DNA from: Thermoanaerobaculia bacterium
GTDB taxonomy: Bacteria > Acidobacteriota > Thermoanaerobaculia > Gp7-AA8
Assembly (NCBI GenBank): GCA_036380735.1
Contig: DASVEE010000015.1
Location: 116,409 to 180,408 of the forward strand
DNA length: 64,000 nucleotides
Direction: 5' to 3'
The first letter of the stretch is position 1, and every line of letters starts with the position of its first letter. The position numbers and the translations under genes were made by a program. The notes beneath the pieces were generated by a model, which made no database searches, was not told the DNA's origin, and worked only from the letters and a program-made list of their open reading frames with translations. Positions 9,639-17,718 of this stretch are shown here, in pieces.

Positions 9639-9828
9639 CAACATTGACTCGAAAGACAATGTTGCTGACTTGAAAGACAGCAACATTGACTCGAAAGACA
9701 ATGTTGCTGACTCGAAAGACAACAACATTGACTCGAAAGACAATGTTGCTGACTCGAAAGACAACAACGTTGACTCGAAAGACAATGTTGCTGACTCGAA
9801 AGACAGCAACATTGACTCGAAAGACCGC
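9639..9828. repeat. Tandem repeat with a 48-bp period made of two 24-bp subunits, about 4 copies, AT-richer than the surroundings
   Basis: caacattgactcgaaagacaatgttgctgactcgaaagacaac is repeated. It lies in the convergent gap between the PBP and the protease gene. In the + frame it reads (DSKDNxx)n from a TTG start (ORF 9670-9936); coding status is unresolved. Confidence 0.7.
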
Positions 9829-9919
9829 GTCGCTGATCCGCGCAACGGCAGTCTGACCCGCAAAGCAATCGAGCCGGCTTTCGCCGGCTCGATGCAGTCG
9901 TTGAGGCTGGATTCGAGGT

Positions 9920-12109
9920 CTAGAACGACACGCTGACGTTGTTCGAGCACGTCGTCGTGCCCGCGTTGCAGACGCGGTAGGTGAACGTGCCCCGCACTTT
10001 CCCGAGCTGGTCGGTGTGCGCGCCGTCGTTCGCCGTGGTCACGACTCTCATGTTGTTGCGGTAGATGTCGACCTGCGTCGAGGTCGCGCCGCTCCAGGTG
10101 AGGTCCGCGTAGGCCACGTTCTTCGCCTTCCGGGCGGTCGCGCTGAGGCTGATGCCGCTGGCGGAGGTGATCGTCACGTTGATCGAGGCCGATCCCGACA
10201 GCGAGCCGCTGTCCGTCGCCGTCGCCGTCACCGTGTGCGTGCCGGCGGCCAGGCCGCTCGTGGTGATCGAGGAGCCGGTGCCGAGGGCGCCGCTGAGGCT
10301 CGACGTCCAGTTGATGGAGGAGGCGAGCGAGCCGTCCTGCGTGTCGGTGGCGGTGCCGCTGAACGTCACCGCGGTGCCCTGCACGAACGAGGCGCCCGGC
10401 GCCGGGGCCGTGATGGCCACGACGGGGGCGGTGTTCACCGGGCCGCCGGCGCAGGTCGCCGGGATCGTGAACGACTCCGTGATCGAGACGCCGGAGCAGA
10501 AGAAGATGTTGCAGCTCTCGGCGCCGTTGGCGCCTTCGCCGATGCCGAACTGCGCGAACGCGGTCCAGATCAGGCAGTCCTGAGCCGTGGTCGGCGACGC
10601 CGCGAGGAGACCGTCGCGCATGTCCTCGTAGGCCGGGCGCGACGGGGTGAAGTTCATGCCGTCGATGACCACGTCGAAGAGGGCGTCCTGGGTGTAGCCG
10701 GCGCCTTCCCACAGCGACAGGAGCTTCCACATCGTCGCCGCGTAGATCTCGCCATCCGAGTGGACGCTGCCGCCGGTGACGTCGGCGTAGGTGTTCGGGT
10801 AGTTCGTGTAGGGGAAGCGGCGGATGCCTTTCGCGTTGTTGTAGGCGTACTCGCCGACCGTGTCCTGCCGGTTGACGTAGATGGCGAGGACGTCGCTCAT
10901 CCCTTCGCCGATGGCGCCGGCGAGCGGACCGCTCATGCCGCCGATCATGCGCTGCGTCAGGCCGTGCCCGTACTCGTGCCAGACGATGTCGGAGTCGAGA
11001 TCGCCGTCACGTCCGGGCGTGGAAGCGTTCCAGAGGTACATCTGCATGCGCGGGCGCGAGCCGTCGGTCGGTGTCGCGAAGTTCGCGTTGTTCGTGCCGC
11101 CGCCGTCCTGCGCTTCCGCGTTGACCGGGTCGTTGCCGAGGCCGCCCTTGCCGAAGTTGTTCGCCTGGAAGTTGCCCGCCGCCTCGTTGAAGCCGTGGCG
11201 GTACAGTTTGTCGTGGATGACGTTGTTCAGATAGAAGAGGTTCGCCACGGCGGCCTGCTGGTTCGTGGCCGTCGTCGGCGCCTGCGTCAGGTCGACGGTG
11301 TACTCGAAGTTCTGCGTCGCCGAGACCGGGCGTCCGTTCGTATCGGCGCCATTGTTGTTGTCGCGGTCGAGGTACGCATCGACGTTGTTGCCGATCGTCG
11401 TGTTCGTGGAGACCCAGCCGCCCGGCGACTCCGCGTTGCCGGTGCCGGGGCCGCTCACGACCGTCTGCGTCGAGTTGCCCGGATGGTCGGGGAAGATCTT
11501 GTAGGTGTCGTCCGCCGTGCGCAGCTCGCGGTAGACCACGTTCCCTTCGTTGTCGACGAGCGAGTGCCAGAGGATGTTCGTCTCTTCTTCCCACGTCTGG
11601 ACGAGGTAGCCCTCGACGAGGGTGCCGTCGGCGAGCGGGATCACGACCATCGTCGCGGTCGGCTCTTCGTGCCAGAACGACGCCGGCTGCTCGGCGCTGT
11701 CGTAGAGCTGCGAGACGCCGGCGCGGATCGAGTCCGTGTACGTGATCGTCGTCGGCTCCACGTCGCCCGCCGGCACCGTGTTCTCGATCATGCTGAGGAT
11801 GCGGCCGTGGCTGTCGACGGTCGCGCGGACGTAGGTGCCGTACACCGGCTTCCCGGCGATCCGCTGTTCCATCCGGATGTGGCGTCCGTGCTCCGCCGTC
11901 GTCACCAGCGTCTGTCCCTTGTTGCCGAGGAACGAGCGGACGATTTCGGAGCGCGATTTGTTCGAGGGACCGGTCAGGGGCTTGAGGTCTTGGTTGCGAT
12001 GGACCCGCGCACCTTTGGCGCTGAAATCGATCGTCTTTTTACCGGGGACCGCCAGGAGAGGGGAGGAAACGAGAAGCAGGGCACCGCACAAGGACAACAA
12101 CTTCGACAT
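9920..12109 (-). CDS. Secreted M36 (fungalysin-like) zinc metalloprotease with propeptide and C-terminal Ig-like domain
   Basis: RBS ggagg. Signal peptide MSKLLSLCGALLLVSSPLLA. HEYGHGLTQRM (HExxH). GEGMSDVLA third-ligand motif typical of M36. C-terminal Thr/Ser-rich beta domain. Confidence 0.8.
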   Translation of the reverse strand: MSKLLSLCGALLLVSSPLLAVPGKKTIDFSAKGARVHRNQDLKPLTGPSNKSRSEIVRSFLGNKGQTLVTTAEHGRHIRMEQRIAGKPVYGTYVRATVDSHGRILSMIENTVPAGDVEPTTITYTDSIRAGVSQLYDSAEQPASFWHEEPTATMVVIPLADGTLVEGYLVQTWEEETNILWHSLVDNEGNVVYRELRTADDTYKIFPDHPGNSTQTVVSGPGTGNAESPGGWVSTNTTIGNNVDAYLDRDNNNGADTNGRPVSATQNFEYTVDLTQAPTTATNQQAAVANLFYLNNVIHDKLYRHGFNEAAGNFQANNFGKGGLGNDPVNAEAQDGGGTNNANFATPTDGSRPRMQMYLWNASTPGRDGDLDSDIVWHEYGHGLTQRMIGGMSGPLAGAIGEGMSDVLAIYVNRQDTVGEYAYNNAKGIRRFPYTNYPNTYADVTGGSVHSDGEIYAATMWKLLSLWEGAGYTQDALFDVVIDGMNFTPSRPAYEDMRDGLLAASPTTAQDCLIWTAFAQFGIGEGANGAESCNIFFCSGVSITESFTIPATCAGGPVNTAPVVAITAPAPGASFVQGTAVTFSGTATDTQDGSLASSINWTSSLSGALGTGSSITTSGLAAGTHTVTATATDSGSLSGSASINVTITSASGISLSATARKAKNVAYADLTWSGATSTQVDIYRNNMRVVTTANDGAHTDQLGKVRGTFTYRVCNAGTTTCSNNVSVSF

Positions 12110-12235
12110 TCCGCCTCCGGATGAAAGAGAAGTTGAATGAGCCGCCCACGCGGCGGCACGGGCGGAACGGATACGTATCTTTTACTAAGGGGCGGAAGGA
12201 TAGCATGGGGGCATTCCTCGCCGCTGTCACGTTTG

Positions 12236-12376
12236 ACAGCGACGGATACCCGGGTCTACTCTCACCCCTGCTGGATTGATTTGAGGGGCCGCTTGCAACC
12301 AGCTTAAAAAAAGCTAAAGAGCCGGCAGGAACGTGCAATTTGACCTGGCCCCACGTGAGTGGGGCCGTTTTTTTTG
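12236..12376 (+). promoter_or_regulatory. Structured 5' leader (candidate riboswitch/attenuator) of the methionine-pathway gene
   Basis: TTGACA at 12227, then a leader with the alternative pairings cacccct/gagggg and gaggggcc/ggcccc and an AGCTTaaaaaaAGCTAAAG hairpin. It ends in the intrinsic terminator. Confidence 0.35.
12347..12376 (+). terminator. Rho-independent terminator inside the 5' leader
   Basis: ggccccac-gtga-gtggggcc is a perfect 8-bp GC stem. It is followed by gttttttttt. Confidence 0.7.
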
Positions 12377-12455
12377 AGTCGGTTTTCGGTTGTCGGTTGT
12401 CGGTTTTCGGTGCTGCGCCCGGCGCAGCGGAGCTACCGAAAACCGCCAACCGAAA
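12377..12455. repeat. Heptad-unit hairpin element (CGGTTTT/CGGTTGT)n
   Basis: Arms gagtcggttttcggttgtcggttgtcggttttcggtgc and gctaccgaaaaccgccaaccgaaaaccgaaaaccgactc, with loop tgcgcccggcgcagcggag. Confidence 0.65.
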
Positions 12456-12501
12456 ACCGAAAACCGACTCGCGATCACGGACAACGTCACCACTCACCAC
12501 T

Positions 12502-14367
12502 ATGCCAGACTTCATCCAGGCGATCGCCGACGAGCACGTCTACCTCTTCGATGGGGCGATGGGCACGATGCTCTATGCCAAGGGCGTCTTCATCAACAAG
12601 TGCTACGACGAGCTGAATCTCCGCAACCCGGAGATCGTGACCGAGGTGCACCGCCAGTACATCAAAACGGGCGCGGAGATCCTCGAGACCAACACCTACG
12701 GCGCGAACCGCGTGAAGCTCGGCAGCTTCGGCATCGACGACGAGCTGCGCGACATCAACCTGCGCGGCGCCGAGCTCGCGCGCAAGGCCGCCGGTGACTC
12801 CGTCTACGTCGCCGGCGCCATCGGCCCCCTCGGCATCCGCATCGAGCCGTACGGCCCCACCGGCGTGCAGGAAGCGGGCGACATCTTCCGCGAACAGGCC
12901 ACCGCGCTGGTCGAGGGCGGCGTCGACCTCTTCATCGTCGAGACCTTCTCCAACATCGCGGAGCTCGAGCAGGCCATCTTCGCCATCCGCGACGTCTGTT
13001 CGCTCCCGATCGTCGCGCAGATGACGATCGCCAGCGACGGCATGACCATCTACGGCGACGCGCCGCGCACGTTCGCGCAGCGCCTCGACCGCGCGGGCGC
13101 CGACGTCATCGGCCTCAATTGCTCCGTCGGCCCGGACGTCATGCTCGACGCGATCGAGGAGATCGCCGCGGTCACCGCGAAGAAGATCTCCTGTCAGCCC
13201 AACGCCGGCATGCCGCGCGAGGTCAACGGCCGCCAGATGTACATGGCGTCGCCCGACTACATGGGCAAATACGCCAAGCGGCTGATCCACAAGGGCGTGA
13301 AGTTCATCGGCGGCTGCTGCGGCACGACGCCGGAGCACATCAAGGTCATCGCCGACGCCGTACGCCCGCTCTCGCCGCGCCGCTCCTTCGTCGTCATCGA
13401 GCGCAACGGCGAAGACGCGCAGAAGCAGGGCGTCGAGTCGAAGCCGCTCGCGGACCGCTCGAAGTGGGGCGCGAAGCTGGCGAAGGGCGAGTTCGTCACC
13501 ACGATCGAGATCACGCCGCCGAAGGGTCCGAACGCCGACGCCATGATCAAGTCGGTCCAGTCGATCAAGGACGCCGGCGTCGACGCCGTCAACGTCCCCG
13601 ATGGTCCGCGCGCGCAGAACCGCATGGGCGCCATCGCCGTGTCGGTGCTGCTGCAGCAGCGCGTCGGCATCGAGACCGTCCTCCACTACTGTTGCCGCGA
13701 CCGCAACCTCCTCGGCATGCACTCCGACCTGCTCGGCTGCGCCGCGCTCGGGCTGCGCAACCTGCTGCTGATCACCGGCGATCCTCCGAAGATGGGGCCG
13801 TACCCCGAGGCGACGGCGGTGTTCGACATCGACTCGATCGGCCTGACCAACATGGTCAACCTCATGAACCACGGCCTCGACCTCGGCGGCAATCCCTTCG
13901 GCGAGCCGACCTGCTTCACGATCGGCGTCGGCGTGAACCCCGGCCATCTCGACCTCGAGTACGAGCTGCGCCGCCTCGACTGGAAAGTGAAGGCGGGCGC
14001 CGAGTACGCGATCACCCAGCCGGTGTTCGACGCAAGACAGCTCGAGGAGTTCCTCGACCGCATCGCCCCGATGAACCTCCCCGTCGTGGCGGGCATCTGG
14101 CCGCTGCTGTCGTACCGCAACGCCCAGTTCATGAACAACGAAGTCCCCGGCGTGTCGGTCCCCGACGACGTCATGGAACGCATGCGCATCGCCAGCGACA
14201 AAAGCCGCGAGCACGGCCTCCGCGAAGGCGTCGCCATCGCCCGCGAGACCCTCGAGCGCGTGCGCCACCGCGTAGCGGGCGTCCAGGTCAGCGCCCCGCT
14301 GGGCCGCGTGGACCTGGCGCTGCAGGTGTTTGAGGGTTTGGTGGCACCAGCGGTGGCGGCGGGGTAA
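12502..14367 (+). CDS. Bifunctional homocysteine S-methyltransferase / 5,10-methylenetetrahydrofolate reductase (YitJ-like)
   Basis: N-terminal Hcy-binding domain (DGAMGTML..ILETNTYGAN, Cys-rich GGCCGTTPEHI). C-terminal MTHFR domain (TPPKG..LHYCCRDRN..LLLITGDPP). The ORF-track extension to 12340 runs through the terminator/hairpin and is rejected. Confidence 0.85.
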   Translation: MPDFIQAIADEHVYLFDGAMGTMLYAKGVFINKCYDELNLRNPEIVTEVHRQYIKTGAEILETNTYGANRVKLGSFGIDDELRDINLRGAELARKAAGDSVYVAGAIGPLGIRIEPYGPTGVQEAGDIFREQATALVEGGVDLFIVETFSNIAELEQAIFAIRDVCSLPIVAQMTIASDGMTIYGDAPRTFAQRLDRAGADVIGLNCSVGPDVMLDAIEEIAAVTAKKISCQPNAGMPREVNGRQMYMASPDYMGKYAKRLIHKGVKFIGGCCGTTPEHIKVIADAVRPLSPRRSFVVIERNGEDAQKQGVESKPLADRSKWGAKLAKGEFVTTIEITPPKGPNADAMIKSVQSIKDAGVDAVNVPDGPRAQNRMGAIAVSVLLQQRVGIETVLHYCCRDRNLLGMHSDLLGCAALGLRNLLLITGDPPKMGPYPEATAVFDIDSIGLTNMVNLMNHGLDLGGNPFGEPTCFTIGVGVNPGHLDLEYELRRLDWKVKAGAEYAITQPVFDARQLEEFLDRIAPMNLPVVAGIWPLLSYRNAQFMNNEVPGVSVPDDVMERMRIASDKSREHGLREGVAIARETLERVRHRVAGVQVSAPLGRVDLALQVFEGLVAPAVAAG

Positions 14368-14523
14368 GGGGAACGATGGGACGAATGGGACCTATAGGAC
14401 CTATGGGACCTATGGGACCGCCACCCAACCCGCGGAGAACTTACCCATGCGTCTCCGCGGTGTCCCATAGGTCCCATCTGTCCCATCTGTCCCATAGGTC
14501 CCATTCCCATAGGTCCCATCGCC
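14368..14523. repeat. 9-bp-unit inverted-repeat element with conserved core
   Basis: The array begins ggggaacgatgggacgaatgggacctataggacctatgggacctatgggacc immediately after the TAA. The core is ccacccaacccgcggagaacttacccatgcgtctccgcggtg. An inverted array follows. Confidence 0.7.
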
Positions 14524-14577
14524 ACCACACCGTCACCCCACCCAAACGATTTCCCCGCCTGGCGCGTCTTCCTAGAC

Positions 14578-15108
14578 GTGGCAGCCATCGCACTCACGGC
14601 AGCGCAGACCCTCGGCGACAGCGACCGGCTCGCGCGGCTGTACGACCTGCAGCACCGGCGGCTCTACCGGCTGGCGCTGCGGCTCGCGCGTGATGAACAG
14701 GAAGCGCAGGATCTCGTCCAGGAGGCCTTTCTGCGCGCCGCGCGGCAGCCGGGACGCATTCCGCCGGGTGATGAACAGGCGGGGGCCTGGCTGGTGCGCA
14801 TCGTCGTCAACCTGACGAAGGATCGTCACCGCCGCCACGTCGTGCGCGACACGTTCAGGCGCCTCTTCGTGCGCGAACAGCCCGACCCGGCGGAGGCGCT
14901 CGACGCCAGAACCGCCGTGGCGAAGGCGATGAACGCGCTGCCTCCGCGCCAGCGCGTCATCGTGGCTCTCTACGAGCTCGAAGGGCACGGCACGCCGGAG
15001 ATCGCAAAGATGCTGAACGTCGCCGAGGTCACCGTGCGCTGGCACCTCGCCGCCGCGCGGAAACGGCTGGCGGTGCTGCTCGCCCCTTTCACGGAGAAAC
15101 AGAAATGA
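14578..15108 (+). CDS. ECF-subfamily RNA polymerase sigma factor
   Basis: Sigma-70 region 2 (LYRLALRLARDEQEAQDLVQEAF) and region 4 (ALYELEGHGTPEIAKMLNVAEVTVRWHLAAARKRL). GTG start. Confidence 0.85.
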   Translation: MAAIALTAAQTLGDSDRLARLYDLQHRRLYRLALRLARDEQEAQDLVQEAFLRAARQPGRIPPGDEQAGAWLVRIVVNLTKDRHRRHVVRDTFRRLFVREQPDPAEALDARTAVAKAMNALPPRQRVIVALYELEGHGTPEIAKMLNVAEVTVRWHLAAARKRLAVLLAPFTEKQK

Positions 15109-15410
15109 AGAACGATCGACTGAGTGCCTTGCTGAGAGAGCACGATCCGGCCGCGGGCCGCGAGCTCGCCGGCGATGACGTGCTGCGGATCCGGACCGCC
15201 GTGCTGTCGTCGACGCGCGAGCGCCGCGTTTCGTACGCCGTGCGGCTCTCCTTCGCGACGCTCGCGCTCGTCCTCTTCGCCGGCGCGTGGGCCGCGATGC
15301 GCACGCGTGAAGCCGCGCCGGCGCCGCAACCGCAGAAACGTCAGATCCACTACACAACCCCGGGCGGCACACGCATCATCTGGTCGCTCGATCCCGAGTT
15401 TCAGCTCTGA
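15105..15410 (+). CDS. Putative anti-sigma factor (small single-TM protein)
   Basis: ATGA overlap with the sigma gene. Single TM segment LSFATLALVLFAGAWAA. This position is typical for an anti-sigma partner. Confidence 0.5.
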   Translation: MKNDRLSALLREHDPAAGRELAGDDVLRIRTAVLSSTRERRVSYAVRLSFATLALVLFAGAWAAMRTREAAPAPQPQKRQIHYTTPGGTRIIWSLDPEFQL

Positions 15411-15423
15411 GAGGAACCCTCGA

Positions 15424-16011
15424 ATGAAGAAGATTGCCTTCGCCTTGCTGTTCGTCACCACCGCCGCCGTCGCGCAGAGCACCCCGCGCTCCGCGCCGTC
15501 TCCGGCCCCCGCCGCGATGGCGAGTCCTGCCGCGACACCGGCGCCTGCCGCTTCACCGCGCGCGCCGCACAACGTCACGCAGCTCTTCCAGGTCGTCATC
15601 CTGCACGGCACGATGAGTGGGGCCGAGGCGACGGAGAACGTGCCGAAGAACGTGGATCGGGCGATCGCCGACGTCCGCGACTTCCTGCCGTTCAAGCGCT
15701 ACCGCTTCATCGACTCCGGCCTGTTGCGCCTCGCCACCGGCTCGTCGGGGCAGCTCACGCTCGACGGCGTGAGCAACACGCAATACCGCGTCAACTTCGG
15801 CGTCAACCCCCGCACGCAGAGTCACGTCCACATCAGCAACTTCACGGTCCAACCGCTCACCGGCAACGTCGGCGAACAGAGCGTCGGCAAGGCGGTGATC
15901 CAGACGTCGTTCGAGATCAACGGCGGGGAAACCGTCGTGGTGGGCTCGTCGAGGCTCGGCGGCGGATCGGACGCGCTGATCGTGTTGCTGACCGCGCTGC
16001 CAGGACGATAG
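15424..16011 (+). CDS. Secreted hypothetical protein encoded in the ECF-sigma operon
   Basis: RBS gagagg. Signal peptide MKKIAFALLFVTTAAVA. The ORF-track 5' extension to 15175 overlaps the anti-sigma gene and is rejected. Confidence 0.6.
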   Translation: MKKIAFALLFVTTAAVAQSTPRSAPSPAPAAMASPAATPAPAASPRAPHNVTQLFQVVILHGTMSGAEATENVPKNVDRAIADVRDFLPFKRYRFIDSGLLRLATGSSGQLTLDGVSNTQYRVNFGVNPRTQSHVHISNFTVQPLTGNVGEQSVGKAVIQTSFEINGGETVVVGSSRLGGGSDALIVLLTALPGR

Positions 16012-16018
16012 GACAGAT

Positions 16019-17161
16019 CTAGGAGTGCGGTGGCAAAGTGCCGCCGCACTCCTGGATCTTCCGCCGCAGCACCGTCACCGTCACGTCATCTTCGATCGGA
16101 TGACTCCCCACGAACCCGCGCCATTCGCCGACGATCGTCTCCACCATCGTGGCGGCGGTGGCCTCGGGGTGCCAGCCGGCGATCGTTTCCAGGTAGGCGT
16201 CGCCGAACTCGCGGCCCTGCCCGTTGAGGGACTCGGTGAGGCCGTCGGAATGCAGCAGCAGCCGTTCGCCGCGCTCGAGGTGGCCGGTCGCCACTTCGTA
16301 CGACAGCGACGCTTTGATGCCGAGGGGATAGGCGCCGCGGCCGATGCGCTCGACGATTTTGCCGGCGGCGTCGACTTTCAGGATCGGCGGATGGCCGGCG
16401 ACCGTCGCGACGAACGAGCCGTCGGGCGACAGCAGCACGTAGACGGCGGAGAAGAAGGAGCGCGAGCCGCCGGTGCGGCAGAGGATGCGATTGAGGCTGG
16501 CGAAGATCGCCGGCGGCTCCGGATCGACGTCGAGCTGCGTGCGGAACGAGGCGTGCGCCACCGCCATCACCAGCCCCGCCGCCATGCCGTGGCCGGAGGC
16601 GTCGCCGAACAGCACCGCCAATCGCCCGTCGTCGAGCGGCACGAAATCGTAGATGTCGCCGCCGACCGTGTTCGCGATGCGGTTGAACGCGGCGACGTCG
16701 TACTGCTCCGTCGCCGGCATCACGTGCGGAATCAGGCTCGCCTGCAGATCGCGCGCGAGCGTGAGCTCGTCGCGGAACTTGATCTTGTCGATCAGCTCCA
16801 TCCCCAGGAGGAGCGTGATGAGGAGGAACATCGCGACGATCTCGACGAACGTCCAGACCGGCGGGTTCCTGACGTTGGTGACCAGCGAGAGAATGCAGAT
16901 GAAGAAGAAGACGAACGCGAAGACGAAGATCAGGCGCCGGTGTGGCGCGAGCCGGTTCGCCAGACCGTAAAGGATCGCGCTGCCGGTGCGCAGCCAGCGC
17001 CGCAGGCGCCGCGGATCGTTCTCGATCGCCGCGCGATGGTCGGCGATCAGCATCTTCTTCGTTTCGCTCCACTCGACCGCGTACACGTTCGTCATGTCGT
17101 TCTGATTGATCGACGAGATCGTGCTCTTCCCGAGGTCGAGCCAGTCGCGAAGCCGGGCCAC
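16019..17161 (-). CDS. Membrane-anchored PP2C-family (SpoIIE/RsbU-like) Ser/Thr phosphatase
   Basis: N-terminal TM helices. PPM motifs GGDIYDF, LAVLFGDASGHGMAAGLVMA, and a distal D..DG pair. Confidence 0.8.
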   Translation of the reverse strand: MARLRDWLDLGKSTISSINQNDMTNVYAVEWSETKKMLIADHRAAIENDPRRLRRWLRTGSAILYGLANRLAPHRRLIFVFAFVFFFICILSLVTNVRNPPVWTFVEIVAMFLLITLLLGMELIDKIKFRDELTLARDLQASLIPHVMPATEQYDVAAFNRIANTVGGDIYDFVPLDDGRLAVLFGDASGHGMAAGLVMAVAHASFRTQLDVDPEPPAIFASLNRILCRTGGSRSFFSAVYVLLSPDGSFVATVAGHPPILKVDAAGKIVERIGRGAYPLGIKASLSYEVATGHLERGERLLLHSDGLTESLNGQGREFGDAYLETIAGWHPEATAATMVETIVGEWRGFVGSHPIEDDVTVTVLRRKIQECGGTLPPHS

Positions 17162-17200
17162 GGAGGGATTGTACGGGGTGGCGCAGGCGGAGTTGCCGGT

Positions 17201-17352
17201 GGGGGACGATGGGACCTATGGGACAGATGGGACCGATGGGACCGATGGGACCCACCACCCCACGGAAAACCTACCCATGCGCCTCCCGGTGTCCCATAGG
17301 TCCCATAGGTCCCATTTGTCCCATAGGTCCCATTCGTCCCATCGTTCCCCCG
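17201..17352. repeat. 9-bp-unit inverted-repeat element with conserved core
   Basis: The array is gggggacgatgggacctatgggacagatgggaccgatgggaccgatgggacc. The core is caccaccccacggaaaacctacccatgcgcctcccggtg. The inverted array ends cccatcgttccccc. Confidence 0.7.
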
Positions 17353-17401
17353 CGGCACAACCGTTGCTTTGGTTGAGCCTGTCAGTTGGAGGAATCGACC
17401 C

Positions 17402-17665
17402 ATGAGCATCCTGATCTGGATCATTGTTGGCCTCGTTGCAGGCGTTCTCGCGTCCATGGTCATGGGCGGTTCCGGCTACGGCATCGTCGGTGACATCATC
17501 ATCGGCATCGTCGGCGCGTTCGTCGGCGGGTGGCTCTTCGCGAAGCTCGGCGTCTCGACGCCATTCGGCGGGCTACCCGGCACCATCTTCGTGGCATTCA
17601 TCGGCGCCGTCGTGCTGCTCTTCATCCTGCGCCTCCTGCGCAGGGGCAGCGCCCGGGCGCGGTAG
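17402..17665 (+). CDS. GlsB/YeaQ/YmgE-family small membrane stress protein
   Basis: RBS ggagg. Gly-rich double-TM sequence MSILIWIIVGLVAGVLASMVMGG..GDIIIGIVGAFVGGWLF. Confidence 0.8.
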   Translation: MSILIWIIVGLVAGVLASMVMGGSGYGIVGDIIIGIVGAFVGGWLFAKLGVSTPFGGLPGTIFVAFIGAVVLLFILRLLRRGSARAR

Positions 17666-17718
17666 CCGAGCCGCCTTCGGGCGGCCGTGAATTTCCAAAA
17701 CGCGCCTAAACTGCACGG

